Shown: piece by piece, positions 7,240-16,800 of the stretch
Layout of the letters: each line of letters opens with the position of its first letter
Numbering within the stretch: the stretch's first letter is position 1
Assembly: GCA_043767805.1 (NCBI GenBank)
Contig: JAYUGC010000028.1
Span: forward strand, 1-17,065
Source: Pseudomonadota bacterium
GTDB lineage: Bacteria > Bdellovibrionota > FAC87 > UBA2466
Direction of reading: 5' to 3'
Length of the DNA stretch: 17,065 bases
The notes under the pieces: generated by a model
Databases searched by the model: none
The model's input: only the letters and a program-made list of their open reading frames with translations
Told to the model about the DNA's origin: nothing
Translations under genes and position numbers: made by a program

Positions 7240-9546
7240 CTAAAATCCCCAGTGGGCGGGGTCGGCGAAGACCTTCAAGGTTTGGCCCGCGAACCATTTG
7301 GGCTGGAAGTCCTTGAAGTGAGTCGAGCCGGCGTGGCCGGACTGACCCACGGGCATGATCCACGAGCTCTTCGCCGGATCGGCGAGATCCCAGACGAGCC
7401 GCACGGAGGAACCCGACTTGTGGGCTTCCATGCGAATGAGATCGCTGTAACCCCATTGCGGCGTTTCATCTATGGCAAAAAGACCGCCGATGACGGGAAC
7501 GGCACCCGCGAAAGGATGCTGGGCTTCCCAGCGATTACTCATGTTGTACGCTTTGTCGGGCGAGATCTCCCCGAGGGCCCGCGCCTTACCGAGAAGGAAA
7601 GTGGCCACTTCCGCTTCCGTTAACCCGAAAGGCGAGAGGCCTTTCTCCTTCTGAAAAATCGCGAGCGTCCAGGCGTTGTCCAAGTTCCACTTGTACTCGA
7701 GCGTTTTGCTGCCTTCCGGGAGAAATTTCTCGCGAAGCCGAGCGAGCAGTAAACCTCTGAAAGCTCCGTCGATGTGCAGGGCTTGAGTGAACGCAACGGG
7801 ATTGCCTTCAGCCGACCCGTCCCAGGGCTTCCAAGATTCGACGAGCTTGGCTTCTTCCGCGTCTCCCGGAATGGCATGCTGGCTGACCCAGCGAAGCAGC
7901 GCCTGGTGATACAGCGACGTCGAGTCTCTTTGCAGCTTCTCCATGTCGACCAAACGGAGTGAGTCGGAGCTATCCAAGACTTGCTGGATTCGCTTCGTAC
8001 GATTTTCGCCGCAGAAATAGTGGCCGAAGTCGCCGGTCCACATGCGCTGGTTCGCGGAGACGATCCGCGCGTCCGCGCCTTTTACGGGTTGGCTCGCGGG
8101 GCGGTAGAGACGAAGCCGTTTTTCCGGAGGCTCGACCGCGGTCCACTGACCGGTTTGCGCGTCTTGGGGGACGTGACCGGAGACTTTCCGGGTGACGCCA
8201 CGGCCGCTCAAGCGATAGCCCATGTTTCCCTGTCGATCGAGATAGAACACGCTCGCCGCGGGCGTGCCCATGTCATCGAAGGCGCGGTTGAACTCGGTCC
8301 AGTTGGTAGCCGCCGCGATTTCAAGAAGCGGCAGCCGGGCGACGCCTCTTTGGTAGACGAGCCATTGCCGGGAGTACTCTCCCGCCGGCAAATGCTCGGG
8401 GCGGGAGAGGGGGCCGCGTTTGGTGAAGCGCGCTCTGACCGTGACGTCGGCGTGGCCGCGCACCTTGATGAAGAATTCTTTTTCTTCGACCGGAAGAAAT
8501 TCTTTTTGTCCCTTCGTGATTTTATCGACGTAAAGTTTGCCGTCGTCGGAGATCTCCTCCTTGAGATTGTCGTCGACGTCTTCCATGCTATTGGTGAATC
8601 CCCAGGCGAGGTGAGGGTTCATGCCCAGGACGATGCCCTGAAGCCCGGGAATGGCGGCGCCCACCACCCAGTCTTTCTCCGAAACTCTGAGGCGCATGAG
8701 GTACCAGATCATCGGCACGGAAATACCGAGATGGGGATCGTTGGCGAGAAAGTGCCCGGTCTTTCCTCTCCAAACCCAAGCATTGCTGCCCGTGCTCTCA
8801 TTGATCGGAGCCGCGGAGGCGTGCCGTTCTTCGGGCGTGAGCGGCTTGGAAGGAAGGTATTCGGCGGGGGGCGGAAATTGAATGGGAACCTTTTTGCCGA
8901 AGAGAGGCTCGTTCCAGGGGTGGCTTTGCGTGAAAATGAAATCCGCCCACTTCGGCCCAAGGGATAGGCGCCAAACGGCATCGTAGGTTTCCCAGTCGTT
9001 TTTGCCGGAAAGATCTTCGGCCATGGAGAGATAGACCAGGACAGTGTCCTTGCAAGTCCAGGGCTCAGGGTTCACGCGAAGGATCAAGTACTCGAGGCCC
9101 CAGTGATAGTGATTATCATCGATAAAACGGTTCACTCCTTTGGCGTAGGCTTCGCAAAACCGCTTCTCGTCGGCGGGGAGATCGGCTTCGGTTTGGGTCG
9201 CGACAGCATCCCAGTTCTCTTGCTTTCGCCGGGCGTCGAGTTTTAGGGTTTGCTTGTTGTCGCCGTACCACTCGCTCAGCCGGCCGGCCACGAACCGGCG
9301 CATGAGATCCATTTGCCAGAGCCTATCGGAAGCGACGACGTAGCCTTGTGCTTCCACGAGGGCATCCCAAGTGGGTGCTTCGAGAGTGGGAATGCCGTCG
9401 GAGTCGAACTCCACCTTCGCCGTCTTGAACGACTTCCAGTCGACCGCTCGGCTACCCTGATGGGTGCCGATCCAGACCGCCGACCCCAGAACCACAAGAC
9501 AAACGACTAGAACGATACCAAGGGCCAGCTTCAATTTTTGTTTCAA
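7240..9546 (-). CDS. Penicillin acylase family (peptidase S45, Ntn-hydrolase) protein, N-terminally membrane anchored
   Basis: Alpha-chain motif DSDGIPTL...AQGYVVASDRLWQMDLMRR..GRLSE; beta-chain start G|SNAW; ANDPHL; SANQ; C-terminal GQSGH.GSTHFKD; GAGGA SD before TTG. Confidence 0.95.
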   Translation of the reverse strand: MKQKLKLALGIVLVVCLVVLGSAVWIGTHQGSRAVDWKSFKTAKVEFDSDGIPTLEAPTWDALVEAQGYVVASDRLWQMDLMRRFVAGRLSEWYGDNKQTLKLDARRKQENWDAVATQTEADLPADEKRFCEAYAKGVNRFIDDNHYHWGLEYLILRVNPEPWTCKDTVLVYLSMAEDLSGKNDWETYDAVWRLSLGPKWADFIFTQSHPWNEPLFGKKVPIQFPPPAEYLPSKPLTPEERHASAAPINESTGSNAWVWRGKTGHFLANDPHLGISVPMIWYLMRLRVSEKDWVVGAAIPGLQGIVLGMNPHLAWGFTNSMEDVDDNLKEEISDDGKLYVDKITKGQKEFLPVEEKEFFIKVRGHADVTVRARFTKRGPLSRPEHLPAGEYSRQWLVYQRGVARLPLLEIAAATNWTEFNRAFDDMGTPAASVFYLDRQGNMGYRLSGRGVTRKVSGHVPQDAQTGQWTAVEPPEKRLRLYRPASQPVKGADARIVSANQRMWTGDFGHYFCGENRTKRIQQVLDSSDSLRLVDMEKLQRDSTSLYHQALLRWVSQHAIPGDAEEAKLVESWKPWDGSAEGNPVAFTQALHIDGAFRGLLLARLREKFLPEGSKTLEYKWNLDNAWTLAIFQKEKGLSPFGLTEAEVATFLLGKARALGEISPDKAYNMSNRWEAQHPFAGAVPVIGGLFAIDETPQWGYSDLIRMEAHKSGSSVRLVWDLADPAKSSWIMPVGQSGHAGSTHFKDFQPKWFAGQTLKVFADPAHWGF

Positions 9547-9556
9547 GGGGATTCCT

Positions 9557-10696
9557 CTAGAAGGCTTCGTTGAAGTTCAGATAGAAAGCAGACTCATCGC
9601 GAGAAAACGCGAAATCGATGCGAGCTTTCGCGACGAAATCGGGAGGAAGGCCGAGGCGCAGGCCCAGGCCGCCCGTGAGTTTCGGCCGGCCGAAGTCGCC
9701 GAGGTTCTTGTCGGCGGTGTCGCCCACGCCCATGAAGCCCACGAAACCGAGCCAGCGAAGGACGTCGAGCCGAGTCTCGCCTTGCGCCATGTAGTAATGA
9801 CGCCCGCGCAATCGATTGGACTGAAAGCCGCGCAGCTTTCGGCTTCCACCGAGATTGAAGCGGTATTGGTATCCCGGATCGCCAAAGGCCGTGCCAAACG
9901 CCAGCTGCCCGGCGAGCACGATGGACTCAGTCGCCTTCATGAAATGGCGCGACTCGAGCTCGAGCCGCACGAAATCCACCGCGCTTCTTCGCGAGCTGAG
10001 GGTGGACGGGCCGTAGTCGAGTTTCGCGAGATAATACTGACCCTGCTTGGTGAGTACGGTGTGATCCCGCGTGTCATAATTCAAGGCGATGCCGACGACA
10101 GGAGTGAAATCGTTGCCGAAGATTTGGCGTCCGCTAACGGCGTCCACGCCCGTTTCGTTGCGATAACGCAATTCGGTGAGTAACCCGGCGCTAAGCTGCC
10201 GGGAGTAACGTTTCCAGACCGAAGGATTGAGCACAGTTTTGAAGATGTCGATCTTCTGCTGGATCTTGGGATTGGTTAAGTTTCCTTCACCAAAATACGA
10301 ATCGAAGAAGTTCGAGGCCTCGAACTCCAGCTTGTAGTACATGTCCGCGTGGTTCCAATAGGTGTATTTGCTCTCGATGGCGTACACGCTCTTTAACGTC
10401 GCAAACAAGAGCAGGTCGAGATTGCTCATGGGAGCGATCGTATTGCCCCGAAACATGGCGCCGCCGAACAAAAACCCATAGGTCGGGTCGTACCCGATGA
10501 TGGGTGAGAGCGAGAGCCCGTTTGAAATGCGATTCTTCATGTCGTCGTTGATCGCCTCCCCCTCGGGAGCGGGGGTTGGCGCGACGGCCGCTAATTTTCG
10601 CTTCGGCGGGGCCGCAGCGGCCTTGGCGGGAAGCCAAAATAACGACGATAAGAGGAGTAACGCCGAAAAGGACCGCGAGCCGAGTTTTATAGTCAT
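9557..10696 (-). CDS. Omp85/BamA-TamA family outer-membrane beta-barrel without POTRA domains (~379 aa)
   Basis: Signal peptide from ATG 10696; amphipathic beta strands; LNYDTRD, LGG..KLRGF loop-6-type motif and RLRG; C-terminal LNFNEAF. The upstream in-frame extension to 10861 looks non-coding. Confidence 0.88.
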   Translation of the reverse strand: MTIKLGSRSFSALLLLSSLFWLPAKAAAAPPKRKLAAVAPTPAPEGEAINDDMKNRISNGLSLSPIIGYDPTYGFLFGGAMFRGNTIAPMSNLDLLLFATLKSVYAIESKYTYWNHADMYYKLEFEASNFFDSYFGEGNLTNPKIQQKIDIFKTVLNPSVWKRYSRQLSAGLLTELRYRNETGVDAVSGRQIFGNDFTPVVGIALNYDTRDHTVLTKQGQYYLAKLDYGPSTLSSRRSAVDFVRLELESRHFMKATESIVLAGQLAFGTAFGDPGYQYRFNLGGSRKLRGFQSNRLRGRHYYMAQGETRLDVLRWLGFVGFMGVGDTADKNLGDFGRPKLTGGLGLRLGLPPDFVAKARIDFAFSRDESAFYLNFNEAF

Positions 10697-10859
10697 TTTA
10701 AAGCAAACGATACCATATCGAGGACAGAGACGCAGCTGGGGGGAAGGGCGCTTGCCACAATTCGAAGAGGAATGCGCAGGCTTTCTTCGTAACCATTTCG
10801 TCAGGTTTGCCGGGCAATGTGGAACTAGACGTTTCACGTAAGCACAGGGAGCCTGCATC

Positions 10860-11763
10860 ATGACGAACCACTTTGAAGGGCGACGCCCTCTCTCCTATTT
10901 CTTTCTCTGGATCGGTCTGCTGCTTGGGGGGGTGTTCCGGTAGCGGCAGCTTGTCTCGCAATCAGGCGAACAACCCGCTGCCCGATACGGGCGGCGCCAC
11001 GCTCGGCCATGAGCAAGTCGGCGGGTTCGACTACGCCGGCAACGGCAATCAGTTGCCGACCTCCGAAGAGCAAGCCGCTTTGGCGAAGGTCGAGCAAAAC
11101 CTCGAGCCTCTCTCTCCCAACGCGGCAACCGCCTTTCCCCAAACCGTCATCGTCGGCATGCAACAACTCCAAAGCCAGCAGGCCAAGGGAATGGATACTT
11201 CCGCGTTGCGCATGGCCTTGTTCGGTCAGCTCATCACCGCCTGCGCGCAAGACGTCAGTCGCTTCGTGCCCCGCCCGGGTGAGCCGCTGCTCGGTTCCTG
11301 GATAGGCGCTTGTACGAGCGGCAGCGGAAATCCCGTCGTCGCTTCCGTCTTCGCCAAGTATCCGAGCACCTCGGGAGGCGTGCCCGCCGGCAGCCCGGCT
11401 TTATTCGTGGCCTCCGTGGACTCGAGTGGAAGCCCTGGAGCGGGCTCGATCCAGGTGGGGCCCGACGGTACGGGCCAAGCGATCGTCAATGCTGACGGCG
11501 GTCCTTGGAAAGGAACGATGACCGATCAGCCCCAGGCCGGAATCGGAACCTTCACGAGCTCGGGAGGAAGCTGCAAACAAGTCACCGCGAATCTCGTCAG
11601 CAGCCGCAACCCCATTCCCGCGAAGTACGACGAGGCCATCAAGCGTCTTGGCCAGTGTTATCGCCAGGCGCTGATCTTGGTGAGCCCCATTCTCAGTAGC
11701 TACGTTTACGAGCTGACGCCTAGCTCCGCTCAGGCGGTCATTAAGGCCCTTCAACTTCAATAG
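10860..11763 (+). pseudogene. Lipoprotein (~300 aa if corrected), frameshifted at a G7 tract inside its signal peptide
   Basis: AGGGAG SD at 10846-10851, then ATG 10860 reads MTNHFEGRRPLSYFFLWIGLLLGG-VFR-stop (10941-10943). With G6 instead of G7 it reads LLLGG-CSGSGSLSRNQ..., giving a lipobox in frame with ORF 10873-11763. Confidence 0.75.
10926..10932 (+). repeat. G7 homopolymer at the lipobox (frameshift site)
   Basis: CTT GGGGGGG TGT; one G too many for the in-frame Gly-Gly-Cys. Confidence 0.8.
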
Positions 11764-11775
11764 AGGAAACTACTC

Positions 11776-12251
11776 ATGAGACGGCATCAGAAAATGGCTT
11801 GGATGACGATGATTTGGATCGTGGCTTTGGGACTTGCGGCCGCGGGAAGGGCGCGAGGGGAAACCAACGTGATTTTCGTGCCCATGCCGCCCGTCACCTT
11901 CGATGCTATGGGAATTCCGAAGGAGCCGGCGTCGGTCCAGGCGGCGCTCTCGCAAGGCGGCGTCGATCCCAGCCTTCAACTCGTGTTTCAAAACTATTTG
12001 TTAGGAGAGTGCGTCAAGAAGGCGCTTGGTGAAGCCCCTAATCAAAGAACTTTCTATAAGAACGCGTATCAGAAGTTTGCGAATGCCACTTGCACGCTCT
12101 CTCGGTGTTTTCAGCGGGGCATGATGCTCGACAGTCGAGCCCGAACCCGGAGAACGGCGGAACGGAAAGCGAAGCGCAACAGAAGGCAATGCGTAATATC
12201 GCCGATAGTCTCTCCAGGAACATCGCCTCGAACTCTTGTCCCGCGAAATAA
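11776..12251 (+). pseudogene. Secreted hypothetical protein with an apparent frameshift or deletion near 12115-12135
   Basis: GAGGA SD and signal peptide. After ...RCFQRGMML the frame becomes Arg-rich and implausible, while the -1 frame reads QSSPNPENGGTESEAQQKAMRNIADSLSRNIASNSCPAK-stop (12249-12251) and is followed by a strong hairpin. Confidence 0.65.
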
Positions 12252-12262
12252 CCGTGCGCTTC

Positions 12263-12297
12263 TTTCGGGCCTGCCTCGGCTTGGGGCAGGCCCGAAA
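12263..12297. terminator. Strong stem-loop after the 12251 stop (3'-end hairpin / atypical terminator)
   Basis: TTTCGGGCCTGCC / GGCAGGCCCGAAA, a perfect 13-bp inverted repeat. There is no 3' U-tract on either strand, so it is not a canonical intrinsic terminator. Confidence 0.5.
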
Positions 12298-12362
12298 AAG
12301 AACGGGACACCTTCTCACCAAAGATTTGTCGGGTTGTGGCTAAGCCGGTACTCTAAACGTTC

Positions 12363-13375
12363 TTGGGCCCGAAAATTAAAAACCGCCAGGGGTTCGCGCT
12401 GGTCAACGTTCTCGTTGCTTCAGTGATAGTGTTTATCTCCCTCGTGTATTGCGCTAAAGTTTTGACGGCGAGCCGCCGCGTCGCGACGACCGGCTGGGAT
12501 CATGTAGTAGCCGAGGTATACGCGTCCGAACTGCTCGAGCTCTTCCGGGCGATGCCTACCGCGGATCTCCTGGCTTATCTGCAGACTAATCCCGCCGACG
12601 ACACCTTGCCGCCTTACTACTTTTGCGCCGATATCAACCTACTCGACCGGGCGACGGGCGCCCGCTTAAATCCCGATCCGGTGGCAACCCTCGATACCAC
12701 TCCTCTCGACTGGGCGGAGACGGCGAATCTGAAGCCGAACCGCTTCTATCGGGTCAACATCATCAATATCAAAACGCTTGCGATCAATACGGCACGTTGT
12801 GTCGCGGACGCCCGCTCGGAGGGAGTGCCGGCGAGCGCTTTCGTCTGGATGACGGGCGGTTTCCGATCCTCGCCGAGGTCAATACCAATGGCAGCGACGC
12901 GGTGATGAATGGGAACGAAGTGGCGTGGCTTTGTCAGGGTTGCGGCAAAGGGAACCGCAAGAATCGGCCCGCTAACGCCAGCACCAGCCAAACTCTCGAG
13001 AAGTATGTCCTCGCCATTCCCGGCGCTTACAAGAACAGCCAAGGAAACCCGCCGTCACTGATCATCGAGTATGCGACTCCGGTCGCCGCGGCCTCCGGGT
13101 TTCTGGTCGACGTCGATCAAAATGAAATTTGGACGGCTATTCCTCTGAATGCGGCTGGCAAGCCGCTTACCGCCGCTCAAGGGTGTACGGATTGGGCCGT
13201 GCACGCGCCGCCGAGACCCAAAGATGGCTGGAACGGGCAGGCCAAGCAATTCGACGTGAGCTGTGACGATCAGGAAATTTACGCGGTCAAAATCGAAGGC
13301 GATAAGAAAATCAACATCATCGGCTTCGCTTTCGACCGATTCTCCCCGGCTTCCAAGATCTGCTCTTGTCCTTGA
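12363..13375 (+). pseudogene. Type IV pilin/pseudopilin-like protein joined out of frame (near 12800-12840) to a Cys-containing beta-rich C-terminal domain
   Basis: ORF 12363-12905 starts KIKNRQG|FALVNVLVASVIVFISLVY (class III signal peptide). Protein-like sequence switches near 12820 to the frame of ORF 12623-13375 (AGERFRLDDGRFPILAEV...IIEYATPVAAASGFLVDVD...IGFAFDRFSP..ICSCP). Confidence 0.6.
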
Positions 13376-13401
13376 TGTCTCGCCCGGATTAAGTTGGCCA
13401 C

Positions 13402-13842
13402 GTGCAATGGCGCTGGAAAACTTTCGAGTCTCTTTCGGTACACGAGCTCTACGCCATCCTGCGGCTCAGGCAGCAGGTCTTTTGCGTCGAACAGAAGTGC
13501 GCCTATCAGGACGTCGACAACTGGGATCCGAAGGCGTGGCATCTGATGGGGTTCGAGAAGGGTGAGCTCGTGGCGTACCTCCGGGCTTTCCCAAAAAACG
13601 TGCGCTATGAAGAGGTCTCCGTCGGCCGCGTGGTCACGGCACCCGAAGCGCGCCGCCACGGTTACGGCCGGGAAGTGCTCAGTCGGGGCATCTCACTCGC
13701 CGAAGAGGCCTTTGGCCTCGGTCCCATGAAGATCGCCGCTCAGGCCTATCTCGAGAAATTCTACGGCACCGCGGGTTTCGTGCGCGTTAGCGACGAGTAT
13801 CTAGAGGACGACATTCCTCACATCGACATGCTGAGGAAATAG
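13402..13842 (+). CDS. elaA: ElaA-family GNAT N-acetyltransferase
   Basis: Family signature WKTFESLSVHELYAILRLRQQVFCVEQKCAYQDVD...SVGRVVT...R..GYG...IAAQAYLEKFY...GF......YLEDDIPHIDM. Confidence 0.93.
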   Translation: MQWRWKTFESLSVHELYAILRLRQQVFCVEQKCAYQDVDNWDPKAWHLMGFEKGELVAYLRAFPKNVRYEEVSVGRVVTAPEARRHGYGREVLSRGISLAEEAFGLGPMKIAAQAYLEKFYGTAGFVRVSDEYLEDDIPHIDMLRK

Positions 13843-13846
13843 CGAG

Positions 13847-16800
13847 CTATCCCTGAGGAAGGCTTGCGCTGAGTCGTTCTCTTCTCCGAGGCAACCACGA
13901 CGAGAGACTCGCCTTAATTTCAGCCAAAGTCGCGGGGCTGGCGAAGAGGCTATACACGCAAGGCACCACGAAGAGAGTAAGTACCGTCGAGACCAGCACT
14001 CCGCCAATGACGGCGAGTCCCATCGGAATTCTCACTTCCGCTCCCGGCCCCCAAGCCATGACCGCCGGAACGGCCCCAACAATCGTCGCGACCGAAGTCA
14101 TCAAAATGGGACGCAACCGAATCGGGCACGCTTCCATGAGGGAGTCGCGCACACTCTTTCCTTGAGCTCTCAGCTGATTAGTGAAGTCGACGAGAAGAAT
14201 CGAGTTCTTCTTTGCGATTCCCATGAGCAGCACGAGCCCAATGAAGCTGTACATGTTCAGAGACTGGCCGCCCAGGTAGAGGCTCAAAAAAGCTCCCGAC
14301 ATCCCGAAGGGAAGAGCCAGGAGAATGGTGAGCGGATCGACGAAGCTATTATATTGAGACGCGAGCACCATGTACGAGAAGACCAAGCCTAAGAGAATCG
14401 CGAACCACAGGCTCTCGAACGAATCGTTCATCGCTTCCGAGTTTCCGCTCAAGGCGAAGTGATAGCCGCTGGGCATCGCCTTGGAGGCGATGCCCTCGAC
14501 GTTTTGCAGCGCAACCGATTGCGAGACGTTTCTTGCGACGTTCGCCGTGATCGTGATGGAACGCTCGCGGTTTTTACGATTGATGGTTTGATTGCTCGCC
14601 TGCTCGATCACCGTCATGACCTTGGATAGAGGAACGGGCTGACCGCGGTTGTTGCGCACTTCGTAGCTGAGAACGCGATCGACGGAGTTCTTGTCGGGAG
14701 AGCCCGCCATGACTTTGATTTTCCATCGGTGGCCGTCGACTGAGTATTTTCCTGCTTCTTGTCCGCCGATGAGAAGGCTCGCGGTCCGGGTGATGTCCGC
14801 GATGCTCACGCCCCGGGCCAAAGCTTGTTCGCGGTTTGGAATGAGCTGAATCTCGGGAAGCGACGGACGGAAGTCTGAGTTTACGTCGGTGAGGAGTCCC
14901 GACTCGGTCATGCTTTTCTTGATCTTCTCTGAGGTTTCGACAAGGACCTCTTCGCGTGGTCCCTGAATGGCGAACTCCACGGGGAAACCCTTCGCGGTTC
15001 CGGCGAAGCCTTGCTGGGAAAGGTCCATGAAGAAGACCATGGCTCCCTTCGTGTCTTTCAGAGCCTCTCTATAGATACCGATGTACTCCTGCTGAGTGAG
15101 CACGGAGCCCTTCGTTGCGTCCTTGGGACGCTCCGATTTCGGCTTCAAGGTGACGAAGACGGAAGACTGGTTCGCTTGCCCATTAGGGAATCCGCCGACG
15201 AACGCCTCGAAGTTCTTGATTTCAGGACGAGCGGAGAGAAAGGCTTCCACCTCGCGCGTTTTCTTTTCCGTCGCGGAGAGAGGCGTGCCGGGTGGCGTAA
15301 AGATCTGAACCGCGATGAAGCTCTGATCCTGGGGCGGCACAAGCTCTTTGCGGAGACTGCCGAACACAATCAAGGAGCCGAGAAAGAAGGCCAACGCGAG
15401 ACCGACCGTGAGCCAGCGCCGGTGTAGCGCTTTTTCCAAGATCACACCGTAAGCTTGGCCCGTTTTGGCAAACATGGACTCGACCGAGCGGCCTATCCAG
15501 CTCGTACGCTCTTCGCTGACTTGCAAGAACTGCGAGCAGCGCATCGGAGTGAGAGTAAGCGCTTCAAGTAGCGAGATAGCGACGGCCACCGTCAAAGTGA
15601 TGCCAAACTGAAAGAGGTATTTGCCAACGATGCCGTTCATCATCGCGACGGGCAGGAAGATGGCGCCGATGGCGATGGTGGCCGCGATGGCGGCTCCCGT
15701 AATCTCGTTACTTCCGGTGAGCGCGGCTTCTTCCTTACTCTTACCCATCTCGCGGTGGCGAACGATGTTCTCTAAAACCATGATGGCGTCGTCGACGACG
15801 ATACCGATGGCGAGCGACAGGCCCAGGAGCGTAAAGCTATTCAAAGTGAAATTCAAAGCGGAGAGAGCGATGAACGTTCCTAAGACGGACGTCGGAATCG
15901 CCAGGATGACGTTCAGGGTCGCTTGCCACGAGCCGAGAAAGAGCCAGCACACCAAGGCGGTGAGAATGGCGGACAGAACGAGCGTCATAGTGAGCTCGGC
16001 GACCGATTCTCGGATGTAGTCGGTGGAATCGACCGTCAGCTTCGCGTTCACTTCCGGGGGAAGGTTCTTTTGAATCTTCGCGATCTCCGCGCGGACCCGG
16101 TCCGCGACTTTTACGGGGTTATGCCCCTTTTGTTTCATGACGCCGATGCCGATGCCCGGAACTCCGGAGGCGCGCACAAGGATGGTCGCGTCTTCCGTGC
16201 TGTCCTTGATGTCGGCAATTTGGGCGAGGGAAATAGGAGAATAGTTCGGCTGGCCGCCGCGTTTTTGGATGGCGAGCTTCGCGAGATCCTTGACGTTACT
16301 GACCTCGCCGACGAGACGCACGCTCTGCTCTTTTTCTTCCGTGCGGATCTGGCCCGCGGGCAATTCGGAATGCTCGTTCTGAATGGCATCGTACACGTCA
16401 TTCGCAGTGAGGGCGAAGCGCTTTAGCTTCGCGTTATCGAGCTCCACGCGGCGCAAAGGATCGGCGTAACCCATCAGAAAGATATTTCCGACGCCTTCGA
16501 TCTTCGTCAGCTCGGGCTTAATGCGATCGCGGACGAAGCTCATGAGGTCGGGAAGCTTCAGCTTCTCGGATGTGACCATCATGAAGAGAACCGGGAAGTC
16601 CTCGGGATTCATCTTGGAGACGGTCGGAGTGAGCAGATCTTTCGGGAGCTGACGCGTGACCTGGCCGATGGCGGCCTGGATTTCCTGAATGGCGAGGTTG
16701 ATGTCCTTATTGAGGTTGAACTCTACGTTCACGTTCGCGCGGCCGAGGGAGCTCGACGAGGTGATGTTCTTAATCCCCTGAACCTGAAGCACGGCTTCTT

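Noticed and set aside
7981..10183. Long + strand ORFs 7981-8967 and 9464-10183
   Set aside because: Antisense shadows of the acylase and Omp85 genes, expected in GC-rich DNA; no motifs.
10697..10861. 55-aa N-terminal extension of the Omp85 ORF
   Set aside because: Not protein-like and spans the divergent promoter region; the signal peptide begins at ATG 10696.
12135..12426. Arg-rich tail of ORF 11776-12426
   Set aside because: It runs through a 13-bp hairpin and overlaps the pilin-like gene; the alternative frame ending at 12251 is more plausible.
14162..16426. Several + strand ORFs within the RND gene
   Set aside because: Antisense shadows of a clearly conserved transporter.
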